IMG/VR virus record: IMGVR_UViG_3300017763_003980
Length of the DNA stretch: 64,000 nucleotides
DNA from: a virus
Lineage: Duplodnaviria; Caudoviricetes
Reading direction: 5' to 3' (one strand)
A program made the translations under genes and the position numbers. Of this stretch, positions 38,601 through 51,200 are shown piece after piece (the stretch's first letter is position 1; every line of letters starts with the position of its first letter). The notes under the pieces were generated by a model. It was not told the DNA's origin, did not search any database, and worked only from the letters and a program-made list of their open reading frames with translations.

Positions 38601-39289
38601 CACAAAGTAATGATGAGTTATTTAGGCTTTATGGATCTGCTATTGATAAAATTAAAAGTATAAGTGACGAAGTAATATATTATCCTGCAAAATATAAAGT
38701 ATTATTTGGATCAAAAGCATCACCAGATTTGCAAGTGAAATTTAAAATAGTTAAAAATCGTGATTTAGTTATAAATGATAATGAACTAAAATCAAACATT
38801 GTCGAATCAATTAATAGGTTTTTTGCAATAGAAAACTGGGATTTTGGTGAAACATTTTATTTTCAAGAACTTAGTGCATATATAATGAACCAGTTGTCTC
38901 CAAGATTAGTTTCAGTGCTTATAGTACCAAATCAGTCTACTTCAAAATTTGGAAGTTTATTTGAAATAAAATCTGAACCAGACGAAATTTTTATTAGCTC
39001 GGCTACTGTTGGAGATATTGAAACGATTTCAGAAATTACTGCTAAAGAAATACAGGCAAGCGGAACTGTAATTACAAGTATTAACAGTGCAGATGCTAGT
39101 GCAAGTATTGTTAGTAGTGCATCTAGTGCAACTGCTACTAATACTAATAGTGTTTCTACAACGACTTCTAGTCCTAGTTCATCAAGCTCTAGCAACGGAT
39201 CAAGCTCTAGTAGCGGATCAAGCTCTAGTAGCGGATCAAGCAGTAGTTCAGGATCAAGCGGATCAAGCGGTGGAGGCTACAGCTACTAA
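35687..39289 (+). CDS. gp6: Baseplate wedge protein gp6-like (1200 aa)
   Basis: YDFDNLR, ENFLETAERRESVLRLARMLSYNP and ESSEEIKANAPATYYTQNRLITGEDY motifs. Confidence 0.85.
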   Translation: MSATDRQSRLLVSEDWKRIYQSFRNADFASYDFDNLRRTMINYLRQNYPEDFNDYIESSEYLALIDMIAFLGQNLSFRIDLNARENFLETAERRESVLRLARMLSYNPRRNQAANGILKLNTIKTTEPIIDSTGQNLANVVIKWNDQANSNYFEQMVKILNSSLPVTNQIGNPLKSASIANVITQQYRINATNTTSAVFPFSKKVEGVTTRYEVVSAGISGENLVEEPPIPGTSPAFLFRDDGQGAGSSNTGFFMMFKQGKLSSSDFSVNNPVPNQSVAVDVANINDSDVWLYNIDSNGFETDFWTKVDSVEGNNVIYNNLFEGIKNVYAVTTRIGDRINLVFSDGLFGNLPSGNFRTYYRTSANSASVINPGAIGNVNIDIEYQSRSGNIEVLSLGFKLNYTVTNGTASESSEEIKANAPATYYTQNRLITGEDYNIGPLAISQEIIKTKSTNRISSGISRYFDLKDVSGKYSNTSLFADDGVLYNEIFQLKKEFTFTTQSDIEGVINNTVEGILNSAYMKNFYLDQFPKTLVSDLNASWSQSTTFKTESTGRFLDATQTPYMVGSFTANSLRYIEPGTMCRFIAPSGFHFRPDGTLGSGEANYLGSKTYKWAKVITVDGNGTVVDNTTTNGPIRFNEVIPTTAVLNQIVPNFSRVLTDAVKVQLIDQAFAYKDFGLRYDLTDRQWKIITSENLNVSQEFTTGKTGDNTAQNLDSSWLLYFKTDGETYTITYRNLRYIIESADEVRFYFDGIDKVYNPATGEIVRDKIDILNINNAPGSSSPFNNDFTWTVSGAFRDSDGYVDSRKIEVQFIDLDDDGIVDDPEIFEQIVNQNNSSIPISERLIFQKSYKTSDGVEDFKYFANTNNEIVIVTNESAIAPYSSRTDGQVFYLEDEKVFKRLNKLLNNTVLTSDYRAYAGRGELKFHYVHVADSSYRIDPSASNIIDTYLLTKSYDNEVRRFIVDEIDVEPRPQSNDELFRLYGSAIDKIKSISDEVIYYPAKYKVLFGSKASPDLQVKFKIVKNRDLVINDNELKSNIVESINRFFAIENWDFGETFYFQELSAYIMNQLSPRLVSVLIVPNQSTSKFGSLFEIKSEPDEIFISSATVGDIETISEITAKEIQASGTVITSINSADASASIVSSASSATATNTNSVSTTTSSPSSSSSSNGSSSSSGSSSSSGSSSSSGSSGSSGGGYSY
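39170..39280 (+). repeat. 18-nt coding repeats (GGATCAAGCTCTAGTAGC) giving a Ser/Gly tail
   Basis: Near-identical units encoding GSSSSS at the gp6 C-terminus. Confidence 0.8.
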
Positions 39290-42200
39290 TGGCATACGAT
39301 GACAACCAAAATGAAAGCCCACTGCCAGCAGATGGCAAAGTAAAAAAAATTAGTACAGATTTCCTTCCAAAGTTTTTTAGGACTGAAGCTAATAGAAAAT
39401 TCTTACAAGGTACGTTAGATCAACTTATTACACCGGGTGTCGCAGAGAAAGTAAGCGGGTACATAGGCAGAAATACTGCTAAAGCGTTTACTCCAACTGA
39501 CAATTACATTGGTGATATTAGTAATGATAGAACTAACTATCAATTAGAACCTGCTACAGTTATTAAAGATAACTTTGACAATGTTACTTTTTATAAAGAT
39601 TATAATGATTATGTAAATCAGCTAGGAGTTTTTGGATCTAACAATAAAAACCATAGTAGGTTAAACAATCAGGAAACGTATGCGTGGAATCCTAATATTG
39701 ATTATGACAAGTTTGTTAATTTTAGAGAATATTATTGGCTACCTAATGGACCTACAACAGTACCGGTTAGAGGACAAAGCAAAGAGATAGTAAGCACGTA
39801 TACAGTTACTACATCAGATCAAACAGATAATATTGCTTATGTATTCAACGATGGGTTAACTGTAAATCCTACAATAAAACTTTATAAAGGCCAAACGTAT
39901 AGATTTGAAATTGATACACCAGGTCATCCAATTGCTTTCAGCATCTCAAGAACATTTACCCCTGGTACTGCTGTGCTTACAGCTGGATCAGAAGGATTAC
40001 GTGCTGATGGCCAATTTGATGGGCAATTGTACGGTAATAATTACGATCAAGGAGAGTACATTGTTTTACCTAGTAGCGGTTCTGTAACGTTTGATGCTGA
40101 TGAAAATGTAAGCACACTTTATCCTGATGGTATTACAAAGTACGGAGAAGAAGGCGAAGTATTATCAGTTGTATATGTAGAAAAAGGCACTATTGAATTT
40201 ACAGTCCCGTTAAATGCTCCAGATAGACTATATTACGTTAGTAAAAATGCAATCGATACAAGCGGATTAATAAGGATTTATGATATAGAAGAAAATTCTG
40301 CTATCAATATCGACGAAGAAGTTTTAGGAAAAAAGACTTATAAAAGTGCTAACGGAGTTGAATTTACTAATGGAATGAAAGTTACATTTCAAGGAGAAGT
40401 TACTCCTGCAAAGTATGCAACTAATTTATGGTACATTGAGGGTGTTGGCGATAAAATTTCATTAATACGAGATAAAGATTTAATTATTCCTGCTGCTTAC
40501 ACAGAAGATAAATTAATACCTTTTGATACAGATAAATTTGATGAGCTACCATTTGCTGATTCTAAAGCTTATGCTGAAACAAAAGATTATATTACGATTA
40601 ACAGAGCAAGTAAGGATAGAAATCCTTGGAGTAGATATAATTGCTGGTATCATAAAGAGGTTGTTTTAGCAAGTGAAAAATATAATAGTCTTCCTGAAAC
40701 ACTAGATGAAACAACTAGAGCTAAACGTCCTATTATAGAATTTGAAGCAGGATTAAAATTAAATAATGCTGGAGTATTTGCAAAAGATGACGTTGATCTT
40801 GTAGACAACTTTACTAAAGATGTGTTTAGTACTATTGAAGGCACAGCAGGATATAATATAGACGGAATAGATTTAGCAGACGGAATGCGTGTACTCTTTA
40901 CTGCTGATACAGATGTACTAGTAAATGGTAAAATATATAAAGTTAAATTTATTACAATAGATAATATTAGACAAATTAGTCTTATTGAAACTTCTGATAC
41001 AACTCCACAAGATTTAGAATGTGTGCTAGTTACTCAAGGAGATAGTTTTGCCGGTACTAGCTTTTATTACAAAACTAATAAATGGGTTCAAGCACAACAA
41101 AAAACAAAAACTAATCAACAACCATTATTTGAAGTATTTGATGCAAATAAAAATAGTTTTAGTGACGAGACGTTTTATAATAGTACAACGTTTCCTGGTA
41201 CAAAAATATTTTCCTATAAGCAAGGCTCAGGTACACCTGACGTAGAATTAGGATTTCCATTATCATACAGAGCTATTAATAACTCAGGAGATATTGTATT
41301 TAATTTTTGCTTGCTAAGTGATACTTTTACATATCAAGATGATACTGAATTATATACTCAACGTATTGATACAGGTTACTTAAAAAAGTATAAAAATTTA
41401 ACAAGTTTTGAGTATGTAAACGGCTTCAGTAAAATACCTACATCTAGTAAACAGTTAGTAATAAATCAATATAATGTAACTGATTTGGAGAATAATAATT
41501 TTAGTGTTGAAGCATACCGAAAATCAGGAGACTTGAACGATCTTAAAGTTATTGTTTATGTAGATAATATTTTAAAACTCAAATCAGTAGATTATGAAAT
41601 TGATCGTATTAATGGTGTAGCTATAGTAAGATTTTATAAAGATTTGCTAGACGGACAGTTTGTTAAAATAAAAACTGATAGTAATGCTGAAAAAGATATT
41701 GGGTATTATGAGTTTCCATATAATTTAGAACGCAACCCATTAAATGATGATATTACTGAATTTACATTAGGTGAAGTAATTGATCATGTTGACACCATGA
41801 TAGAAGATATTCCTACTTTCAAGGGAGTGTATCCTGGTAGAAGTAATTTAAGAGATTCAGGAGAAACAGATCATTTTGGCAAGCGTTTTGTAAAACATAG
41901 TGGTCCAATTAATATTGCAAACTATCATATTACAAATAAAAACTTTAATATAATAAAAGCACTAAGACATTCAAAAAATGAGTATTCAAGATTTAAAAGA
42001 AGTTTTTTAGAGAAAGCAGTTACTTTAGGATTTGACGGCCCAGTAAAAAAACACTTTGATAGAATATTACAAGATTTAAATAAAGACAGGGTAAAAACAG
42101 AGTCTTTTTACTTTTCAGATATGCTAGCATATGGTGATGCAAATAGGTTAGAGTATACTGTTTTAGATTCTGACACAGAAATTTATCCTATGACTTCTGC

Positions 42201-45200
42201 ATTCACCTTAGGAACATTAAGCGAAAAAAGTGTAAATGTCTATTTAAATGGAATTCAACTAACACACGGCAAGGATTATACTTTTAATAGTGATGGGTAT
42301 GCTGTAATTACTGCAACAAAATTTGTTAATGATATTATTGAAATTTACGAATATGAAAATACTGACGGTAGCTTTATACCAGCTACTCCAACGAAATCAG
42401 GACTTTATCCTAAGTACTATCCTGAATTAATTATAGATGACAGTTTTGTCCAAGAGGGCACACTGGAAACAGGTCCATTTAAACTCTATGGAAGAACAGA
42501 ACAAACAACAAAATCTTACAAAGGAAAAGTAGGCTGGTTCTACCCGTTGTACACTTCTAAAGAAGAAGCTATAGCTGCAGATTCTGATTCTAGTGCTGAT
42601 ACTGGTACTGCTCATATGCATGTATTTGAAGGACTGTCACAAGTATTTTGGATGCCAGACACACAAATGAATCATGCAACAGTTGATGATTTATCACTAG
42701 AAGAGTATCCACGTGGCGTAGCTATGATAAGGGGCCACGATGGTAGTTATGTCAAGGCATATAAAGATTTTAGAGATGAACTACTGTTAGAATTAGAAAG
42801 AAGAATTTTTAATAACATAAAAGTAGAATATGATATTAATCGATTAGATATAAATGAGTTTTTAGGCGGAGAATATAGAAAATCAGAATTTACTCGACAT
42901 GAAGTTAATAGCACTTTACTAAGTGATTTTATTCAATGGACACGTGGTATTGATAAAGATTATACTGTAAATGACTTTTATAATATTAACAATAGTTTTA
43001 CTTTTAATTTTTCAAGTGCAAAAACTCCATTAGGTAATGATGTACCTGGTTTTTGGAGAGGAGCATATCTGCATGCCTATGGAACTGATAGGCCTAATGC
43101 TACTCCTTGGGAAATGCTTGGATTTACAATGAAACCAAGTTGGTGGGACACAACTTATGGTCCTGCTCCTTATTCAGGAGATAACTTAGTTTTATGGAGA
43201 GATCTAGAAGAAGGCAGAATAAAAGAACCAGGAAAAGCAGAAGTAGTAAATGGAAAATATGCTAGACCTGGATTAACAAATCATATACCTGTAGACAGTC
43301 AAGGAAGATTAAAGTCTCTTACTAAGAGTAATTTTGCACAAGGTTTTTTAACTAGACAGGGATCTAACGGATTTAAATTTGGAGATGTTGCGCCTGTAGA
43401 AAGTGCTTGGCGCAGGAGTGCTGAATATCCATTTGCAGTTTTATCAGCATATCTTCTAAATAAACCTGCTAAAGTTATGGGATTAGGGTTTGACGTAAGT
43501 CGAACTAAGAAAAATCTTGCAAATCAATGGGTTTATGCTGAAACTAACAAGCCAATAAAATTGTCTAGTGTAAAAATGCCTAATACTTATAACGATGAAG
43601 TAAGGACACTTACATGTGGTTTAGTAAATTACATTTATAACCTTGTATCTAGTGATATTCTTACTTTGTATTCTGAATATAAATCTGACTTAGCGGTACT
43701 TACAAATCAAATTGGCTTTAAAGTAGGTGGGTTTACTGATAAAACTAAATTTAATCTTATACTAGATAGCAGATCGCCTACTCAACAAGTAGATCGAGAT
43801 GGTATTTTTGTACCCCAAGAAAGTTTTAAGGTTTTTACAAACACAAGTAGTCCTCTTACTATGGCAATATACAGTGGTATTGCTATTGAAAAAGCTGCCA
43901 ACGGTTATATTGTAAGAGGGTACAACAATACTGTTACACATTTCGAATATTATGCTCCGATAATTGGAACATCTAAAGTAAATGTTTCTGTAGGTGGAAT
44001 TTCAGAAACTACAGCAGATTTTAAAGCAAATACGTTTTATGCTAAAGGAACAATAATACAAGAGGAACGTGATTTTTATAGAGTTACAGAAGATTTTACT
44101 AGTGGTGAATCTTTTACTACTGAAAACGTAGCTAGATTATCTGAACTTCCAGAAGTAGGCGGAAGAACTGCTGAATTTAAAAGAGATTTTGATAAGTCAC
44201 AAATACTTAAATTAAATTACGGAACAAGATTAGCAACAATACAAGAAGTTGTAGATTTTATACTAGGGTATAATGATAGATTAAAAGATTTAGGATTCGA
44301 TTTTAATGAATTTAATTCTAATACTGAAACAGTATCTAATTGGTCAGAATCTTGTAAAGAGTTTATGTTTTGGACAACCCAAGGGTGGGCATCAGGTACA
44401 CTAATAGTTTTAAGTCCTTCAGCAAATCAAGTTTCTTTTACAAGATCGTTTAGTGTAGTTGACAATCTAAATGATCCATTTTATGATTATAGCATTTTTA
44501 AGGCAGACGGGCAACCGTTGGATACAGATTTTATATCATACAATAGAGATGGAAATTCTTTTGTTTTGGAAACTGATGATACAGATGACGGTGTATATCA
44601 TACTGCTTTACCATTAGTGCAAAAAGAGCATGTAGTTTTATTAGAAAACAAAACATCGTTTAGTGATATTATCTATGAACCTAAGAGCGGATATAGACAA
44701 GATAGGCTTAAAGTAAGTGGTTATAAAACTGATGAATGGAATGGTGGATTGAACCTTCCAGGATTCCTTTATGATGAAGCTACAATTACAAATTGGACTC
44801 AATGGAAGGATTACAAGATTGGCGAAATAGTAAAATATAAACAATTTTATTATGTAGCAACAGTAAACATTTCAGGAACTAAGTCATTCGAAGCTAAATC
44901 ATGGTATCAGTTGAGTGAAAAACCAGAACCAGAATTAATAGCAAACTTAGATTATAAAGCAGGACAATTTGCTGATTTCTATGACTTAGACTCTGATGGA
45001 TTTGATAAAGAACAACAAAAATTAGCACAGCATTTAGTTGGATATCAAAAAAGGCAGTATCTAGCAAACATAATTAATGATGATATTAGCCAATATAAAT
45101 TTTATAGAGGATACATTGCAGATAAAGGAACAATGAATTCTTTAACAAAATTATTTGAGTCTCTTGCAACTACTAATACAGAAACAGCTTTAGACTTTTA

Positions 45201-48200
45201 CGAAGAATGGGCAATACAAACAGGTAGATATGGTGCTACAGAATCTGAAAAAGAAATAAGAATTAACTTAAAACAAGACAGTTATACAGAAGCTCCTCAA
45301 TCTTTTGAATTAATTAATACATTACCTGACACTAACTTTGAAAACATTTATAGAATTTTACCTAATGAAATGTTCGATAAGCCTTTTGATTATACACACG
45401 AACCATTTCCTACTAAGTTCATACCAAGTAAAGATGAAGTTATAAAAACCGGCGGCAATGTAAATGAAGATGACGTAGATTTTCTTGCAGGATCTATTGC
45501 AGAATTAAGTTTAGGCGATGTTAATGCTGCCGGGCATGGTGATTATATTTGGGTAATAGAAACAGGAAAAGGCACTTGGAACGTATATCAAGTTGTTCCT
45601 GCAAATGTAAATGTAATAAGTGCAAGAGTAAGAAACGATTCGCTATCAACTGACGGCATGAGATTAATTGAACTTACTACTGATAGATATGTCGATATTA
45701 GATCAGACAATAAGGCACCTTTACTATTACAAAGTGATATTATTGGTATAAAAGATGCTGACGAGTTTAAGTTAAGTGGTATGTATGCAATAGAACAAGA
45801 TGGCATAGAACTTAACAAAATAACAATAAAAGCTGATATTACTTCTAATGTAACCGATTTCTTAGAGCAATCATTTCCTCTTGTAAAACTTAGGACTGTT
45901 AGAGTTCCTACCTTAGATTTCTTAACAAGACAAAGATATAACTTTTTAACTAAACAAAGAATTTGGGTTGATAATTTAGATGGAGACTGGGCAGTTTTAG
46001 AAAATAATCCTGTTTTTAGAAATGAGCAAACAATACAGAATCCTACAGAATGGGATAGTACATCTCAGAAATTTGGATCAAATTTCACAGTTACTAATGA
46101 TAATAATAATTTGTTTGTAACTGCTTCAGGTGATAGCAATGGTAAAGTACATTATTACAGACGTACAAATGAAAAAAATAATTTCTCTCTAGATGCAACA
46201 ATACAAATTAATTCAGACGATAATCTATTAAACGGATCAGCTTCTAAATTAGGTGAAAGTATTTCAATAAGTTCAGATGGGGAATACTTAGTAGCCGGCA
46301 TGCCCGAAGCAACTGGAGTAAAAACTAAATTCAAAGGAGACTTTGATAAAAGTATCACATATACAAAAGGTGATATAATCAAGTATAGAGAAAGTTTATG
46401 GAAAGCCAACAGAGAGATCTTACCAGAAATAGCTCAGCAACCATTTACTACTTTTGATAGTTATGTAAATTTAGCTTCAGTAGCTGACGGCGATAGCACA
46501 ACACTTCAGTTACTTGTTGCTGGCGATCCAGGCTTAGCTAATAATATGGTAGATCATATTTTAGTAAGAGCTCCAAAAGATATGTATTTGGGTACATCAC
46601 CTGGAGACATAGTAAACTTGTATTGGAACACACGAAGCTATGCATTTCCTACGCTAGATTCATATACGCCATTTAATAGTCAAATTCCTGAAATTACAGC
46701 AACGTTTATTTCTCAAAGTCATCCTATTATACATAAAGTTGATCATGTTTTAAAGATTGACACTTTTGTTACTTTACCATCTGTTGGACAAACTGTTACA
46801 ACAAATACAGGTAGTGGTACAGTTGTATATGTAGGTACAAGAGATCAAAGTGCAGTTATATACATCGGAGACGTAAACGGGATTTTTAGTATTTCCGGAG
46901 AGTTGTTTATTAATGAAGAAAGCTTTGTAGGTTTTTATAACTATACAGATACTGCAAACACAAATAGTTCAGTAGATGGATTTTGGTATTTAAATACAGG
47001 GTTCTCATATAGCAATAACAGTGTTTACTATGACACTGGTCGAGGACTAGTGTATGCAGATGTAAGATTACAAACTAGTAGTAGACCTTTGAATGTATAT
47101 TCTAATATACAAAAATCAGTGGGCTACATAGGTGCTTATGTCAATTTGAAAGACAGAGCAAGTTACATTACTCATTTATCATATAGAGGCGATCCAGGTG
47201 GCGTAGAAGCAGATCAGTTGTCTAATAAATTTGTGGTGCGAGGCGCAAAAGAATACACTGATGTTTTAAATGTCGGTGATCAAACAGAATTTAGATTATA
47301 CAATTTAGATAACAGAATAATTGATGTAGAATCTGCAGGTTTTAGTTTTGATATTTTTAATAAAAATCAAACAGTAGTTGATCTATGGGATGGATATATA
47401 GATTTTACATTTGATGAGTTTGACTTTAGTGGAAATGTTTTTGAACCACAAGTTGGTGATATTATTAGTGATGTGCAATTTCCAAATGATGGACAAGGCG
47501 GACTAGCAATTACAACTTCTACAACTAGTACAGCAGAAGTTATGTTTTATAGACGTAACTTTAATAGTGTAAGAGTTTATGTAAAAGCGTTATCTGGTGA
47601 TTGGGGTCAATTAGCTAATATTGGAAAATACTCAATTCAAAGAAATGCGAATGCAAGCTTGCGTGGCGATGCAGATGTTGACAGATTAATGGGAACAGTA
47701 AGTAATGTACTTAATGACATTGCAGTAGGAACAACAACTGTCGGAAAATTAATTGTGTTTGAACACTCTAGTAATTTTCCTGTTGTAAGTAATCCTGAGA
47801 TAGTCGACGAAGAATACTGGTTCTTTAATGAAAACACAGAACAAGGTATTTCACGATTGCCTAATCCACCGTATAGTCTAAACAAAGATTATAGACAAGT
47901 ATACAACATTCCTGCAGAATCTGCTGGTACAGCCGGTCCAGATAATGAAGGAGCAGTTGCTATCTATAGGCGCACATCAGACGGCAACTATACTCGTTTA
48001 CTAGTACTTGTGTCAGAACATAGAAAAGCAAACAGAGGGTTTGGCAAGAAAGTAAAAATTGTTCAAAAAGGTGACTACTATACACTTGCAATATCAAGTG
48101 AAGGACTCGGAACTAGAGAAGATCCAGGTAGCATAGAATTTTTTAGGCATGGAGTAAGGGCTACTGATAGTTTTATAGGCCCGTACAGACCAACTGAAGT

Positions 48201-51200
48201 TTATGCAATTGGCGATATAGTATTATTTAACGATGAATATTATAAGTGTATTCAAGTTATTGCAACAACAATTTCAAATATTTCAAATCCTGATGTATGG
48301 GAAAACATTAGTTGGAAGTCTGGTAAAGATCAAAACTACAGAGGAGTTTGGGATAATACTTACAGCTATGCAAAAGACAGTGTTGTAAATTATAATAATA
48401 CCCTTTATTCAGCAAAAACTAATTTGGCTGAAGGAGTTGCATGGTCATTAGATAAATGGGAAGCAGTTTCTACAAAACTTGACTATACAGGAGTGTTGCC
48501 TAATACAACAGCAAATGCATTTTATGGAGAGGATACGTTTGATCCTATTCAAAATATTACTCAGTTTAGTCAAGATTTTGACATCAGTGCAGACGGTGAT
48601 GTATTAATTACTACAAGTAAACAAGAATTAACTGATAGTACTAGAGACATTGCTGTCCTTGTATATAGAGAAATTGACGACAAGTTTTTATTGGATCAAA
48701 CAATTACAGAAGAAACTACTGTAGATGGATTTGCAGATAAAGTAAGTCTGCATCCAGCAGGCAGAAAGATAGCTGTAAGTAGACAGCTCGATGATCGTAG
48801 TGCAATAGATCAAGGATCGGTTTTAGTTTACACACAAAACTCAGACGGTAAATTTGGTACGGTAGTAGATTCTGTAAAAGGAATAACAACACCTAATCAA
48901 ACATTGAGACCATCACAAGATGAAGTTTCAGAAAAATTTGGATATGCTATTGATTATAGTACAGACCATTTGCTAATTAGTAGCCTTAATGGTGATCAAG
49001 TAATTCCTACAAGATTCGATACTTACGAAGAAACACTTCCAGCAAATAGTCCATCTGATCCATCAGGCCTGGGATCAAAATATGTACTTGATATGAACAG
49101 TGCAAGTAAAGATTTTGAAACTACTTTTGATAAAGAATTTACAACTTTCAAAAATCAAAAAATGGACAAGGGTGTAGTTTATGTATATGAAACATTAGGA
49201 CCAAACGAAGTTGAATCAGAAAAGTTTGTTTATCCTCTAACACAAACAACGTTCGGCGAAAAAATACTAGCAGTAGGCAATCATGTTTATATAGGGATGC
49301 CACAACAATTTGGCGATGATAGTACATCACCGTTAGTTGCTGATACAAGAGGAGCAGTTGTTGATTTTAGGAAAAATAATAATTCTAAAGCCTGGGATAA
49401 AATTAGGTCAAGTGTTGTTCCTGCTGATGTAGAAAAAATTAAAGGATCATTCCTTTATAACAAAAGAAATCAACAAATTATTACATACGTAGACTTTATT
49501 GATCCTGTTCAAGGAAAGGTAGCAGGAATTGCAGAAGCTGAGATAGACTTTAAAACTACATATGATCCAGCATTTTATAATACTGGCGAACTTGCCGATA
49601 ATAATGTTGATCCTAATCAGCATTGGGCTGAAAAGTATGTTGGAAAAGTTTGGTGGAATATTGGCAATGCAAGATTTGCACATTCTTATCAAGGTACTAC
49701 AAATTTCCAAAAGAATAATTGGGGTAAGCAATTAGGCGATTCTATAATTACAGTTTATGAATGGGTAGAAAGTCCATTCTTGCCAGAAACATGGGACGGA
49801 TTAGCAGATACAGATGCAGGATTAAAGAGAGGTATTAGTGGTGTAAGTTTACATGGTAATACAAAGTATACCACTAGACTTATATATGACTCTATAAGTA
49901 AGCAATTTAATAGTTTATACTACTTTTGGGTAGAAAATAAAAGAACTATTCCTATTAATAAACATAGAAATTTAAGCATTAAACAAATTGCTAGTTTAAT
50001 AGGTGATCCACAGACGCAAAAATATAGATATCTAAGTTTGTTTAGTAAGAACAAGTTTATGTTGGTAAACTGCAATGATCTTATAACAAGTGACGATGTT
50101 GTACTTGTTATAAAATATACTAACGATTCTACAGCAAAACAACGACAAAATACACATAGTCAATATCAAATATTATCAAAAGGATTAGACACAAGTGTAG
50201 TTAATGCTGACATTGAAAACAAATGGTTTGATAGCTTAATTGGTTTTGATAAACAAAAACGCCCTGTGCCAGATATGACTATTCCTGTAGCAGGCAGATA
50301 TGGAGTACAGAACAAACCAAGACAAGGTATGTTTGTTAATAAAGCAGAAGCTTTGAAACAATTCATTGAACGGGTTAACATAGTTTGTAAAGCTAATTTG
50401 CTTACTGATGAATATGACCTTTCTAAACTTAGTTTAAAAGAACCATTGCCAACATTAATAAGTGGCGAATACGATACTAAAATTAGTAACTATTCTGAGA
50501 TTGGGTTTGTAAGTACAAGTAAGGTACGTCCTGCAAAACTTACACCTGTAATACAAAACGGAAAAATTATAAGCGTAACAATTACTGATAGCGGAAGAGG
50601 ATATAAAACTGTTCCTCCTTTAAAATTATCAGGATCAGGAAAAAATGCAGAATTTAAAATAACAATTGATACGGCAGGACAAATTTCAAACGTTGAAGTA
50701 ATAAATCAAGGTAGTGGGTACGATCAAAATACACTTATTATAGTACGAAGATATACAGTATTAGTTGAAGCTGATTCTACAGTATTTAATAAATGGTCAC
50801 TATATTCTTGGAACGAAGTAGAAAACAATTGGTTTAGAAGAAGTATACAAGATTATGATGTAACTCAATTTTGGAATTACATTGATTGGTATGCAACAGG
50901 TTACAATCAATTTACCGAAATAGATGATATTATTGAAGGAAGTTATCTACTTACTAGCTTAGAGAATCAAGTTGGTTCTGTTGTTAAAATTAATAGTATT
51001 GGCGCAGGAGGGTGGTTATTACTTGAAAAAATTGCAGATGAAGACACTGAAGATTATACTGTAAATTATAAAACTATAGGTAGACAAAACGGAACAGTAC
51101 AGTTTAGTGATAAACTTTATGATTATGCAAAAAATACTGTAGGGTTTGATAATAGAAGTTTTGATAGCTATTTTTATGATAGTATACCTATTACAGAATT

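Noticed and set aside
14150-39280. CRISPR array or mini-array from tandem repeats (14150-14645, 18336-18600, 39170-39280)
   Set aside because: All are in-frame coding repeats without unique spacers
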